A stretch of DNA of 64,000 nt, taken from assembly GCA_963664225.1 (NCBI GenBank), contig OY760937.1, forward strand, positions 2,912,001-2,976,000. The letters are read 5' to 3'. A program made the position numbers and the translations under genes. Under the pieces are notes generated by a model. It was given only the letters and a program-made list of their open reading frames with translations, had not been told where the DNA came from and ran no database searches. The stretch comes from Verrucomicrobiia bacterium (lineage in GTDB: Bacteria > Verrucomicrobiota > Verrucomicrobiia > Limisphaerales > UBA1319). Numbering within the stretch: position 1 is the first letter of the stretch; each line of letters starts with the position of its first letter. This document shows positions 29,081 through 39,581 of the stretch, piece by piece.

Positions 29081-29146
29081 GGAGAGACCAACCGCGCGCA
29101 TCCGTTCGACCTCTTGCGTTTGGGATACTCAAAAGTATCTTAGCGG

Positions 29147-29671
29147 ATGCCGGACACTCCTGACATACCCGAATCAAACGATCCATTTGGGAAACAAGTG
29201 GCGCTTACCATTGCCCTGCTGGCCGTGGTCCTGGCCGTGATTTCAAACAAGGGTGACAGCGCGAAAACGGACGCGATCATCAAAACCAACGAGGCGTCCG
29301 ACCAGTGGGGGCACTATCAAGCCAAGAGCTTGAAACAAAACCTGTGCGAGACCGAGGGGCGACTATTGGCATTGCTACAAACCAGCGTCGATGCCACAGC
29401 CCGGACGGCCGCCATTGCCAAAACAGAAAGCGACGCGAAGCGCTATAATTCCGAAAAGGAAGAGCTCAAGGTTGAGGCTGAAAAACTCGTTGCCGCCGCC
29501 GACCACAACAGCAAAATCAATGACCGTTGCGATCTGGCATCCCTTGGATTGCAGATTGGCATTGTGGTTTGTTCGGTGTCGATTCTCTCCAAATGGCGGC
29601 TCTTCTGGTTCGTCGGCATCACACTCGGTCTCATCGGCGGTGCGATTGGAGTCACGGCGTTCCTGATGTAA
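29147..29671 (+). CDS. DUF4337 family membrane protein
   Basis: VALTIALLAV, ASDQWGHYQAKSLK, LQIGIVVCSVSIL. Confidence 0.85.
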   Translation: MPDTPDIPESNDPFGKQVALTIALLAVVLAVISNKGDSAKTDAIIKTNEASDQWGHYQAKSLKQNLCETEGRLLALLQTSVDATARTAAIAKTESDAKRYNSEKEELKVEAEKLVAAADHNSKINDRCDLASLGLQIGIVVCSVSILSKWRLFWFVGITLGLIGGAIGVTAFLM

Positions 29672-29716
29672 ATTCAGGGTTCGGACCAGGGCATACGAAC
29701 CTGACGCTGCTTCAGA

Positions 29717-30562
29717 TTAATCGCCAATCTGGCCGGGCTGGCCAGCGCCGGGCGAAGCAACGATGCGTGGCGCCTCCCACGCCTGGAAATTGCCATCGTC
29801 GGACTTATGAACCTCGACGTGGCCGTCGGCGAAACCATACGCCCTTACCCAACCGCCAGATGGGCTGGCGATACTTTGATTCTCACGCAGCACGATGATA
29901 TTGGCCGGATCGGTCAACGCCGATGAAGAACCATGGTAAAGGATATCGAACTGATTGGTCGCCAAAAGGGTTTCGTCTTTTGCATTGTCGGGCAAATAAG
30001 AGGCTGCCTGGCCAAAGTCCGCCGGATAGCGGCCCTGGTTTTTCTCAGCATAAGTAAAAAATGCCATAATCCAGTTTTTGGCATAGCCCATCTTGGCGAT
30101 TACTTGCTGCTTCCTGAGCGCATCCTTTTTTTCCTCATCCTCCGTGGTGGCCGGCTGGTTGGTCTGAGCCGTCTGACGAGCCAATTGCGCCTGGGCATTG
30201 GCATTTTCAGCAAGCAGTCTCTTTAACACGCCCACTTCGCCGCGCAGCTTCAGCAGTTCGCTTGGAACAGCACTGGCGCGAGAACTCTCCGCCTGCTTGA
30301 CCAGGTTCGAGAGACGCTCGTTTTCCGCGTCAACCTGGCCGAGGCGGGCGATCTGGTCCCGCAACGACTGGTTCTCCATTTTCAGCCGGGCTTGTGAACG
30401 ATACGATATTACGAGTGGAGTGGCCAAACCCGCCACAATCACAGCACTCAGAATTCCTGCTTTTAACCTCGTCATAATCATTAATTTGAAAAGAGTTCCA
30501 GTTCCAGACGCGGCCCCTGCCGCAACTCCTCCGGCAAGCGCTGCGGTCGCAATACTGGCGGC
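29717..30562 (-). pseudogene. 5'-truncated remnant: C-terminal extension typical of PVC ECF sigma factors (an ORF from ATG 30481 remains open)
   Basis: in-frame upstream AASIATAALAGGVAAGAASGTGTLFKLMIMTRLK linker, then TM, coiled coil and GFADGHVE; no sigma domains upstream. Confidence 0.6.
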
Positions 30563-30599
30563 ATGCGCAGCGGTTCGGTCGCGCGGTGCTTCCGGCCGA
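30557..30599. repeat. diverged duplicate of the 3' end of the nadE-like gene
   Basis: 30557-30588 identical to 31014-31045; similarity continues about 10 bp with mismatches. Confidence 0.9.
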
Positions 30600-30686
30600 T
30601 GTCCAAAGTATGGTATGCCAGCATATTATCTGCTGTAAGCTTGCCTATTGTGTGTTATTATCGCTCTTTCTTTTTAGGAACCTCAG

Positions 30687-30929
30687 TTACTTGCGTGGGT
30701 CTTTGCTCGTCAGATTGTTAATGAGTCCGTCATATCCAACGCAAGATATGACGAATGCTGGCACCGAAAATAACAATGGTACAAGGCGCCAGATATCAAA
30801 GAGTCCAGATCGTCGATCGAATACATCACCGCCCTGGAAAAATAAAATGGAATATATCCCTATAACGACGAGTATCAGTTGGCACGCAATCCATATGAGA
30901 ACTCCCGTTTTAACCAAGATTATTTTCAT
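30687..30929 (-). CDS. small AT-rich two-TM hypothetical protein
   Basis: 80-aa ORF with two hydrophobic segments, low GC. Confidence 0.5.
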   Translation of the reverse strand: MKIILVKTGVLIWIACQLILVVIGIYSILFFQGGDVFDRRSGLFDIWRLVPLLFSVPAFVISCVGYDGLINNLTSKDPRK

Positions 30930-30985
30930 TATAAAATGCCCCTAGTTGGGTGGTATCCGGCACTCAAACGACAAATGCTAATGCA

Positions 30986-31969
30986 TCAGACCCCTGCCGC
31001 CACCAAATCCACCGGCGGCATGCGCAGCGGTTCGGTCGCGCGGTGTTTCCGTCCAAAATCCGTGTAGGCGCGTTGAACCTGCGTTTCGGTCAATCCCATG
31101 ACGGGAGCGGCTTCGGCGGCAGGAATGCCGTGTTCCATGGCATACCAAAGCAGGTCCATGGTGGTGAAGGGCATGCGGAAAAAGAACTCCTCCTGGCTGC
31201 ACGGGGCGCTGTAAGTATCCGTGGTTGGCGTGCGCTTGAGGATGCTTTCGGGAACGCCCAGGTGGCGGGCCAGTTGATAGACCTGGGTTTTGTAGAGGTG
31301 GCCGATGGTCTGGATGTCCACGCCCGAGTCGCCGTATTTGACAAAGAATCCCTGGTCGTGCTCGTTTTTATTGGCGGTGCCCAGAACGGCGTAATTGTGG
31401 AGCTCCGCATGGTAATAGAGCATGGACATGCGGGTGCGCTGCTTGAGATTCGAGGCCGCCACGATCTGCAGGTAATCGGGCGCGGGCAGCGGTTTGCTCG
31501 ATTCGGTGCCATCGGGCGCAACAATTGTCACGGAGAATACATTCATCGCGTCCGAGTCGAGCAGGTTTTGCGGCAGCACAATCTTGGCCTTGTAACCCAG
31601 CTTCGCATCGTATTGTGGAAACACGCGCTTGATGGCTTCGTCCCGGCGACGATAACACCCGTAGCCTTCCAGTGCCGGAGCAATATCCTCGCGAATCGGT
31701 TTGACCCCGAATTTCTCGGCCAGCTCCCGCGCAAACTGCTCGCTCACCGGGTCGGAATCCTTCTCGGGCAACATCAACGCCACGATTTTATCCGGGCCGA
31801 AAGCCCGCACACCCAGGGCCAGCACCAGCGCGGAGTCAATCCCACCGCTGATCCCCACCACGCCGCCGTGGCGACGCATGACGGCCCGCGCCACATGCCG
31901 CATCGCCGTTATGATGCGGTCGGTTTCCACTGCCGCGTCGAGGACCAGAACATCCTTGTGAAAATTCAT
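30986..31969 (-). CDS. nadE: NAD(+) synthase-like adenine-nucleotide alpha hydrolase (long-insert NadE subtype)
   Basis: GISGGIDSA PP-loop, NLKQRTRM, GFFVKYGDSG, LYKTQVY, PTTDT; long insert GCYRRRDEAI.. Confidence 0.85.
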   Translation of the reverse strand: MNFHKDVLVLDAAVETDRIITAMRHVARAVMRRHGGVVGISGGIDSALVLALGVRAFGPDKIVALMLPEKDSDPVSEQFARELAEKFGVKPIREDIAPALEGYGCYRRRDEAIKRVFPQYDAKLGYKAKIVLPQNLLDSDAMNVFSVTIVAPDGTESSKPLPAPDYLQIVAASNLKQRTRMSMLYYHAELHNYAVLGTANKNEHDQGFFVKYGDSGVDIQTIGHLYKTQVYQLARHLGVPESILKRTPTTDTYSAPCSQEEFFFRMPFTTMDLLWYAMEHGIPAAEAAPVMGLTETQVQRAYTDFGRKHRATEPLRMPPVDLVAAGV

Positions 31970-32023
31970 ATCGTGTTTGTTTATTAGTATAATCAGGTTA
32001 AGGAGTCACGTCTGAACTATGGT

Positions 32024-34018
32024 TTAAGTATCCCCGTCGGCTCCCGGTCCCGTGCATTCCTTCACATCGTCGCGGTCAGACAGCGGCGGTGGCTTCGCAA
32101 AATGTTCGATGAATTGGCGGTGGACCAGTTGCGAGGAGAGAATCCCCGCCAGCGCCATGTCGTCGGTTTCCCCAATGGCCGAGCCCTGCTGGAGTTTGCG
32201 CACGAGTTGATCCACCGCCGCGGATTTAAACAGGCCTGCGCGGGAGATGCTTTCATGCGAGAGCAGTTCGAGCACGTAATCGGGCGTGTTGTTATTGAAG
32301 AAACTGCGATGGATGGGCGCGCGATACGGGCGCTTGGGCCTTTTCCAGATTTCCTCCGGCAGCCAGTTGCGCGCGATTTTCTTAAGCAGAAACTTCTCCG
32401 TAAGGCCGCGCAATTTCAACCGGGCCGGAAGGCGGTTGCAATATTCGATCACCCGGTAATCCAGAAACGGAAAGCGGCCTTCCACCGCGTGGGCCATCGC
32501 CGGACGATCGCCTTGGGAGGAGAGCAGGTATTGCGGCAGGAAAATCGTGGCCTCGAGGTATTGCGCCTGGCCCAGGCGACCCCAACTTTGAAAGCCCGGA
32601 GGATACCAGGGACCGTCTTCGCTCCGGGCGGCAACCGCCAGATCGTCCGTAAAGAAACGCCGTGCCCGACGCGTGTTCTGCCAGCGAATCGCGTGCGAAA
32701 ATCCGGGCTCAGCGGCCTTATCCAAATCCTTGCCGAAAAAGGCCGTGAGGAACGACGCCGGATTTTGACCCAGCCCGCGAATGTCGGGATAGAGTTTTTG
32801 AAAGAGCAGCGGGCGTCTCTTGGACTCCGGCTGGCGTGCGCAGAATTGCCGCACCATCGCTTCCTTGAAAATGTCGTAGCCCGCGAGAAATTCGTCCGCG
32901 CCCTCCCCGGTGAGCACGACTTTATAACCATGGTCGTGGACCAACTTGGAGAGCAAAAACATCGGGGCTGGCGCGGTGCGCATCAGCGGTGTTTCGGTGT
33001 GCCAGATGACCTCTGGAAAGACCTTGCCAATGTCGGCATACGTTGCTTGCACCACATGATGTTGCGTTCCGAGGTTCCCGGCCATTCGGCGCTGAAACTG
33101 GCTTTCGTCGAAGCCGGGATCATCGAACGCGATGGAAAATGTGTCGAGCTTTGCACCGGTAAAATGGCGGACCATGTAGGCGATGAGCGATGAATCCAGA
33201 CCGCCGCTCAGATACGCGCCCACGGGCACATCCGCGCGCAGCCGGATGCGTGTGGCGTCGATCAGTTTCTCGCTCAATTCCTCGATGTAGTGTTCCAGAG
33301 GCAGGCCATTGCATGCCGGGCCTTCAGTCAATCCGGCTGCGGGAAAACGGATTTCCCAATAGCGCTTAATTGTCAATCCGCTGGCGTCCGCCTGCAAATA
33401 ATGTCCCGGTGGAAGTTCGTAGATGTCCTTGAACGCGGTTCGCGGCGACAGCGCGCTCCAATAGGTGAAGACCTGGTCCAGTGCCACGGGATCCAGCGCC
33501 GCGGTCACTCCGCGGTCCGAGAGCAACACCTTGATCTCCGAGCCGAAAAGGAAGCGCCCCCGGTTAAGCGTGTAAAACACAGGTCGCACTCCGACCCGGT
33601 CGCGAGCGAGAAACAGACTTTTGTTTTTCGAGTCCCAGATCGCGATGGCAAACTGGCCGTTCAAGTGGTCCAGACAGCCCGGTCCCTGTTCCTCGAATAA
33701 ATGAAGGATGACCTCCGTGTCCGTGTTGGTGGAAAAACGATGCCCCCGGGCCTCCAGTCCCGGACGCAAATCCACATAGTTGAATATCTCCCCGTTGAAC
33801 ACGATCCACAGCGTGCCGTCTTCGTTGCAGATCGGTTGCTGCCCCGCGCTCAGATCGATGATGCTCAAGCGCGCGTTGCCCAGTCCGGCGTGGGCATCGC
33901 GGTATATGCCGAACTGATCCGGACCCCGGTGACGGATCATCGCCAGCATCTGCCGCAGATCCGCCGCCGCCGGAGGCGGTCCCGCATCCATATTGACAAT
34001 CCCTGCTATCCCACACAT
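32024..34018 (-). CDS. asnB: asparagine synthase (glutamine-hydrolysing) family amidotransferase
   Basis: N-terminal MCGIAG, HRGPD, RLSIID, NGEIFN, LSGGLDSS, TGEGADE, RFPFLD. Confidence 0.93.
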   Translation of the reverse strand: MCGIAGIVNMDAGPPPAAADLRQMLAMIRHRGPDQFGIYRDAHAGLGNARLSIIDLSAGQQPICNEDGTLWIVFNGEIFNYVDLRPGLEARGHRFSTNTDTEVILHLFEEQGPGCLDHLNGQFAIAIWDSKNKSLFLARDRVGVRPVFYTLNRGRFLFGSEIKVLLSDRGVTAALDPVALDQVFTYWSALSPRTAFKDIYELPPGHYLQADASGLTIKRYWEIRFPAAGLTEGPACNGLPLEHYIEELSEKLIDATRIRLRADVPVGAYLSGGLDSSLIAYMVRHFTGAKLDTFSIAFDDPGFDESQFQRRMAGNLGTQHHVVQATYADIGKVFPEVIWHTETPLMRTAPAPMFLLSKLVHDHGYKVVLTGEGADEFLAGYDIFKEAMVRQFCARQPESKRRPLLFQKLYPDIRGLGQNPASFLTAFFGKDLDKAAEPGFSHAIRWQNTRRARRFFTDDLAVAARSEDGPWYPPGFQSWGRLGQAQYLEATIFLPQYLLSSQGDRPAMAHAVEGRFPFLDYRVIEYCNRLPARLKLRGLTEKFLLKKIARNWLPEEIWKRPKRPYRAPIHRSFFNNNTPDYVLELLSHESISRAGLFKSAAVDQLVRKLQQGSAIGETDDMALAGILSSQLVHRQFIEHFAKPPPLSDRDDVKECTGPGADGDT

Positions 34019-34145
34019 ACGATGTTATGACTTGACCGCGATAAATAATGCTCCTGACAGGCGGCGCGCTTGCGCGGACCGGTCGGGCCTGAAATAAATG
34101 CACGCACCAAAACTGGGGAGTCAGTCGGTGTGTATGGCGCAACTT

Positions 34146-35684
34146 TCACAAGGGCGTTTCGACCAGTTCGGAACGTTTGATTTTCCCATTGATCGTCCGC
34201 GGCAATTCCGCGCGGAACTCGACAAACTTGGGCACCAGCAACTCCTCGAGACACGCCCTGCAATGCGCCCGCACCTGCGTGGCGGTCACTGATGAATCAT
34301 CAACCACCAGCACCGCCTTGATCGCCTGGCCAAGAATCGGATCCGGCACACCCACCACGGCCACCTCGCGCACCCCCGCGAGTTTCATCAACGCGTTTTC
34401 AATCTCCTTCGGCGCGACCTTCTCTCCACGGCATTTGATGATGTCGTCCTTGCGCGCCACAAAATAAAAGTAGCCTTCGTCGTCCTGGCGAAAAAGATCG
34501 CCCGAGCGAAAGACCCGCTCGCCGTCATGCCGGCCTGGTTGAAACCGCACCGCGCTCGTTTCGGGAGCGTTCCAATAACCCCTCATCACATGACCTCCGC
34601 GCACGATGAGTTCTCCTGTACGTCCGGCGGGCACCCGACATCCCTCCTCATCCTCGATCCAAGCCTCCGTACCGGGAATGGGCACGCCCACGGAATCGGG
34701 CCTGCGCGCGATTTGATCCGGCGGCAGATACAAGGTGCGCACGACTTCCGTCTGCCCATACATGGAATAGAAACGGGCATTGGGAAAACGCTCCTTCACA
34801 GCCAGGACATGGTGGCCGGGCATACCGGCGGCCGCATTGGTCAGGTAGCGCAAGTTGGATAAATCGTAGGCCGAAAGATCCATGGTCAGCAGCATGTTAA
34901 ATATCGTGGGCACCCCGGCAAATCCGGTGGCCCGCGTTTTTTGCATGCTCTCAAGCAGCAGATTTGGAAAAGTGAACGATTTCTCCAATACCAGACAAGC
35001 GCCCGTAAAAAAGGTTGCCATTAGCTGGTATATGCCATAACTGAATGCCAGTGGAAGCACGCTCAGAATGACGTCCTCCTCGTTGTTTTCCAGATACTCG
35101 ACGATGGCATTGGTCGCGAAGACCATTCCCCCGTGGTGACACATGACGCCCTTGGGATTGCCGGTGGTGCCGGAGGTATAAATCAGGCAGGCCAGGTCGG
35201 ATGCATCGCCAGCGACAGGTAGGTCCTCCATTGACGCGGCAGATTGGGCGAGGCCGGGAACCGTTCGCGCACCGTTCAAACCTCCTGCGTCCATGATGAA
35301 CTTCAGGCTGGGGGCGGCCTCCCGCAAAACTTCGAAGCCGGGCATGTTACGCAGGCGCCGATCCATGAAAAGGCCCGTGGCCCGGCAATCGTTGAGAATG
35401 AAGGTCAGCTTGTCTGTCCTGGTGGATGGGCTGACCGAGACAAACACCGCACCCGCCTTGAGCACGGCAAAGATCCCGACCACCAGGTCCACTGTATTCG
35501 GCAGCCAGAGCGCGACCCGTTCCCCGCGTTGCAGTCCGCAGGCCACCATTTCCGTCGCCAGGGAATCCGCCAGCGCGTTGATTTCGCCGTAGCAAAGTCT
35601 TCGTCCATCGCAAACCAACCCCAATTTGTCAGGACTGCGGCGGGCCGAATTCTCCAGAAAATGTTGTACGAATATTCCGGCCAT
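34146..35684 (-). CDS. AMP-binding (ANL family) acyl-CoA/acyl-ACP ligase
   Basis: YTSGTTGNPKG, MYGQTE, SGDL, RKDDIIK.RGEKV.P.EIE, P..NGKI. Confidence 0.92.
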   Translation of the reverse strand: MAGIFVQHFLENSARRSPDKLGLVCDGRRLCYGEINALADSLATEMVACGLQRGERVALWLPNTVDLVVGIFAVLKAGAVFVSVSPSTRTDKLTFILNDCRATGLFMDRRLRNMPGFEVLREAAPSLKFIMDAGGLNGARTVPGLAQSAASMEDLPVAGDASDLACLIYTSGTTGNPKGVMCHHGGMVFATNAIVEYLENNEEDVILSVLPLAFSYGIYQLMATFFTGACLVLEKSFTFPNLLLESMQKTRATGFAGVPTIFNMLLTMDLSAYDLSNLRYLTNAAAGMPGHHVLAVKERFPNARFYSMYGQTEVVRTLYLPPDQIARRPDSVGVPIPGTEAWIEDEEGCRVPAGRTGELIVRGGHVMRGYWNAPETSAVRFQPGRHDGERVFRSGDLFRQDDEGYFYFVARKDDIIKCRGEKVAPKEIENALMKLAGVREVAVVGVPDPILGQAIKAVLVVDDSSVTATQVRAHCRACLEELLVPKFVEFRAELPRTINGKIKRSELVETPL

Positions 35685-35734
35685 GATTGCCGGGGGCCTG
35701 ATTTACAGGCGCGTTGGTGGTTGTTTTCTTTTTC

Positions 35735-36001
35735 CTAGGCCGGTTTGGCTTCCACGGTCGCCAGTTTGCGACGCACGTATTCGGACAGCTTGTTGACCGA
35801 ATCGAAATTATCCGGGGTCACATCCTGCGGATCCACTTGAATGCCAAATTCGGTATTTACAAAGGTCGCCAATTCCATGACGCCCATCGAGTCGATGATT
35901 CCCTCTTGAATAAAAGAGGCATTGTTGCTGAAACGATATCCCTGGTCGCTAAAGAGCAAATTCTGAGCGACGAATTGCTGTATCTGCGCTTCGAGTTCCA
36001 T
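35735..36001 (-). CDS. acyl carrier protein
   Basis: GIIDSMGVMEL phosphopantetheine site, PDNFDSV, 88 aa. Confidence 0.92.
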   Translation of the reverse strand: MELEAQIQQFVAQNLLFSDQGYRFSNNASFIQEGIIDSMGVMELATFVNTEFGIQVDPQDVTPDNFDSVNKLSEYVRRKLATVEAKPA

Positions 36002-36392
36002 GTGTGATTATTGTTAATGCACCCCTGTTAACGCCAACAACATACCGATTTAACCTCTGAAAGCAAGCGACCCACCACGAAACCGATGGATTGCGGCGAA
36101 ACGAAGGAATGTTCCAGGAATCATATATTCAAACTCATGACAAAACGATGGAGAAGGATTCCTTTCAAGACAGTAGAGATAATAAATATGAAGTAAACTA
36201 AAGCAATGAAAAAGAAAATAAAGAATATTCAAGGCAAACAGACTTTGAAACTATTCGATATAATATCACCATTAACACATCAATAAAAAATAGAACGGAT
36301 CTTCAGCCCTATTCAATAAACTACACAGACCCATTCTGTTCCCTGATTTTCGATTGCCGGGCGGCCTCCACAGGGGCAGACTGACCTTCATT

Positions 36393-37196
36393 ATGAATCA
36401 ACGTGATTTGGCAAAGGCATTGAAGGTGGCGGTCGAAGCCGCACGCGGCGCAGGCGCATTAATGCGCAAGAACCTGCGGGCCGTGAAAAAGGCGAATCTC
36501 GTTGTGCAGCATGATATTAAACTGGAACTCGATGTCCGGTGCCAGAAGCTCATTGAAAAGATCCTGCTCAAGAGTTTCCCCGGTATTTCGGTGTTGGGTG
36601 AGGAAGGCGTGGCCGGCGATCCAAATTCCCAATACCGTTGGGTGATCGATCCGATCGATGGCACAGTGAATTTTGCCTACGGTATCCCTCACGCCTGTGT
36701 TTCCATTGCGTTGCAGGAGTTTAAAGGTCCATCACGAAGCGATGCGGGCTACCAATCGGTCGTCGGCGTGGTTTACGATCCGTTCTGCGACGAGCTTTGG
36801 ACCGCTATTCGGGGAAAAACCGCCCTTTTGAATAATAAAGCCATTCATGTCAGCAACCGTTCCAAGCTTGCCGAGGCCGTGATCAGCCTTGGTTTTTCAA
36901 AACATGACGCAGGTTTGAACAAAATGCTGCCCAAATTGCAGGATCTGGCCCATCGCGTGCGCAAAATTCGCATCATGGGGGCTGCGGCCCTGGATTTAGT
37001 GTATGTGGCGTCCGGTCGCTATGATGGCTTCATGGAATCCGGTTTGCGCCTCTGGGATATCGCGGCGGGCGGACTGATTCTGGAGTGCGCCGGTGGCGAA
37101 TTCTGGAATGAAGCGCTCCCGGGCGATCATTCCTTCCATATTGCCGCCACCAACGGACTGTTGCGCAAGAAACTTACCGCCCCCTTGCGCGGATAG
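36393..37196 (+). CDS. inositol monophosphatase family protein (SuhB-like)
   Basis: GEE, WVIDPIDGTVNF, GAAALDL, WDIAAG. Confidence 0.92.
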   Translation: MNQRDLAKALKVAVEAARGAGALMRKNLRAVKKANLVVQHDIKLELDVRCQKLIEKILLKSFPGISVLGEEGVAGDPNSQYRWVIDPIDGTVNFAYGIPHACVSIALQEFKGPSRSDAGYQSVVGVVYDPFCDELWTAIRGKTALLNNKAIHVSNRSKLAEAVISLGFSKHDAGLNKMLPKLQDLAHRVRKIRIMGAAALDLVYVASGRYDGFMESGLRLWDIAAGGLILECAGGEFWNEALPGDHSFHIAATNGLLRKKLTAPLRG

Positions 37197-37238
37197 ACCA
37201 GCGTTGGATGGTAACCGGATGTTTTCGCAACGAGGAAA

Positions 37239-37254
37239 TGTTCCACGTGGAACA
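37239..37254. promoter_or_regulatory. parS centromere-like site
   Basis: perfect palindrome TGTTCCACGTGGAACA matching the bacterial parS consensus; extends to 22 bp (37236-37257). Confidence 0.9.
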
Positions 37255-37359
37255 TTTGCACTGCATGGCAGTTCAGGACGGGCGAACTGAGGTAAGGCGA
37301 GTCTGCCGAGCAGAACTCTGCGGATCCGCTCCGCGCCCACCCGGTTCTTGACGCTCATA

Positions 37360-37445
37360 GGAGGGCGGGCAGTCCTCTGCACGCCGTTGCATAATCCCGC
37401 GCTTGGGATCAACACGACGGCGCGCAACGGAGTGCGCGCCCAACC
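37360..37445. repeat. REP-like inverted pair (GTAG-family-like, degenerate)
   Basis: ggagggcgggcagtcctctgcacgccg ... cggcgcgcaacggagtgcgcgcccaacc imperfect inverted repeat. Confidence 0.5.
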
Positions 37446-37564
37446 TTGAACGCCATGGCCGTTCCTGCGGTTCTGCGTCAATCCTCAACTCTAAGTCCAC
37501 GGTCAATCCAAAACCCACTCGCGCCTATTGCGCTTGGGCCCATATCGCCTACAATAACCTCTGC

Positions 37565-39481
37565 ATGTTCGTTTATCCGAAGAAGTATGACGTGATCGTG
37601 GTTGGCGCAGGTCACGCCGGTATTGAGGCCGCGCTGGCGGCGGCGCGCATGGGATGTCAGACGTTGATGCTCACCATCAATGCCGACACCATCGGCCAGA
37701 TGTCCTGCAATCCCGCCATTGGCGGACTGGCCAAGGGACATCTCGCGCGCGAAATCGATGCCCTGGGCGGCGACATGGGAAAAGCCACCGACATGACGGG
37801 TCTCCAGTTCCGCATGTTGAACACGCGCAAGGGACCTTCCGTCTGGGCCCCCCGAGCGCAGTGCGATAAGAAAGCCTACCAATTTCGTCTGAAGTGGATT
37901 CTCGAACGCGAGCCCCGTCTCGATCTCAAACAGGGCCAGGCCATCCGCCTTCTGCACAAAGATGGCCAGGTGACTGGATTGGAAACCTCCCTGGGAACCC
38001 AATATCTGGGAATCACCGTCATTTTGACCACCGGAACCTTCCTCCGGGGTTTGATGCATATTGGGTTTAACAAGATCCCCGGCGGACGTTCCGGCGAGGC
38101 TCCGTCACTGGGTATATCGGAATCCTTGAAGGAACTGGGTTTTGAACTGGGTCGCCTCAAGACAGGAACGCCACCCCGGTTGTTGCGTCGCAGCATCGAT
38201 TTCTCCCGGACGGAGGTCCAGGGTGGGGATGAGCCGGTGCCTTATTTCACCTATTGGAAAGACGATTTGTTCCACGTGGAACATTCCGGCATCCAACCCA
38301 ACGATATCGGCCAGTCCCAAGGCAAGTATCCGCCGGGATCCATTCTCGACCGCTTGAACGGCCAGTTGCCCTGTCATATTACCTACTCCACCGAGGAAAC
38401 GGCCAAAATCGTTCGGGCGAACCTGGACAAGTCGCCTCTGTATTCCGGCGTGATTGAAGGGATCGGTCCCCGCTATTGCCCCTCCATCGAGGATAAAATC
38501 GTCAAATTCCCCGACAAGGAACGCCACCAGTTGTTTCTGGAACCCGAGGGGATTCACACGGATGAGATCTATGTGAACGGCTTTTCCACAAGTCTGCCGC
38601 TGGAGGTTCAATATGCCATGGTGCATTCGATCATCGGTTGCGAGCATGCGGAAATCCTCCGCCCGGCCTACGCTGTCGAATACGATTTCGCGCCGCCGAC
38701 ACAACTCCATCCCTCGCTCGAAACCAAGCTCTGTCGCAATCTTTATCACGCCGGACAGATCAACGGAACCTCGGGTTACGAGGAAGCCGCCGCCCAGGGA
38801 TTGATGGCGGGCATCAATGCCGCCCGGCGTGTCCGATCCCTGGAACCGCTGGTGCTGCGTCGGGATCAGGCCTATATCGGGGTGTTGATCGATGACCTGG
38901 TGACCAAAGGCACGGCCGAGCCTTACCGGATGTTCACCTCCCGCGCAGAGTATCGCCTCCTGCTCCGCCAGGATAATGCGGATGCCCGGCTCTCACCCAT
39001 CGGTCATGAAATGGGGTTGCTACCGCTGCGAAACTACGAGCAATTCGTCGCCAAGCGGGCCTCCATCGATCTGGAATTGGAGCGATTGGCCAAGACCCGT
39101 TCGGGCGCCAATACCCTGGCGCAACTCCTGCGACGCCCCGAAATATGCTATGCGGATTTGCCCGACAAGAATTCTGCTTTAAGTCCCGAAGCCGTGCAGC
39201 AGGTTGAATTCATCCTCAAGTTCGCCGGTTATGTGGCCCGGCAACAGGAGGAGGTGGAGAAATTCAAGACCCTGGAGGATAAGCGGATTCCCGATTGGCT
39301 GGATTATAAAACCGTTCCCAGCCTGCGGACGGAGGCCAGGGTGAAACTCGATAAGATCCGCCCCACCACCCTTGGCCAGGCCTCGCGCATCTCGGGCGTT
39401 TCCCCCGCAGACATCAGCCTGCTCATGGTCTGGATGAAACGCGGCCCCCAGAAAGAGTTGGAAACGACAGAAAGCGTTTGA
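37565..39481 (+). CDS. mnmG: tRNA uridine-5-carboxymethylaminomethyl(34) synthesis enzyme MnmG (GidA)
   Basis: [69 protein letters not shown]. Confidence 0.97.
   Translation: MFVYPKKYDVIVVGAGHAGIEAALAAARMGCQTLMLTINADTIGQMSCNPAIGGLAKGHLAREIDALGGDMGKATDMTGLQFRMLNTRKGPSVWAPRAQCDKKAYQFRLKWILEREPRLDLKQGQAIRLLHKDGQVTGLETSLGTQYLGITVILTTGTFLRGLMHIGFNKIPGGRSGEAPSLGISESLKELGFELGRLKTGTPPRLLRRSIDFSRTEVQGGDEPVPYFTYWKDDLFHVEHSGIQPNDIGQSQGKYPPGSILDRLNGQLPCHITYSTEETAKIVRANLDKSPLYSGVIEGIGPRYCPSIEDKIVKFPDKERHQLFLEPEGIHTDEIYVNGFSTSLPLEVQYAMVHSIIGCEHAEILRPAYAVEYDFAPPTQLHPSLETKLCRNLYHAGQINGTSGYEEAAAQGLMAGINAARRVRSLEPLVLRRDQAYIGVLIDDLVTKGTAEPYRMFTSRAEYRLLLRQDNADARLSPIGHEMGLLPLRNYEQFVAKRASIDLELERLAKTRSGANTLAQLLRRPEICYADLPDKNSALSPEAVQQVEFILKFAGYVARQQEEVEKFKTLEDKRIPDWLDYKTVPSLRTEARVKLDKIRPTTLGQASRISGVSPADISLLMVWMKRGPQKELETTESV
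38268..38283. promoter_or_regulatory. parS site inside mnmG
   Basis: perfect TGTTCCACGTGGAACA, encoding L-F-H-V-E-H. Confidence 0.85.
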
Positions 39482-39524
39482 AGAATAGTTCGTTACGAAC
39501 GCGCCCCAATCGCGATTTCAATGA

Positions 39525-39553
39525 AAATGGCGGACCTCTTGAGTCCGCCATTT
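39525..39553. terminator. probable bidirectional intrinsic terminator
   Basis: aaatggcggac-ctcttga-gtccgccattt between convergent genes. Confidence 0.75.
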
Positions 39554-39581
39554 GTCCGTCTGTCTTTAAGTGGGCTCCGGT

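Noticed and set aside
36002..36350. AT-rich intergenic region considered as oriC (near mnmG and parS)
   Set aside because: No cluster of TTATCCACA-type boxes seen; more simply divergent promoters. The 60-aa ORF there is unsupported.
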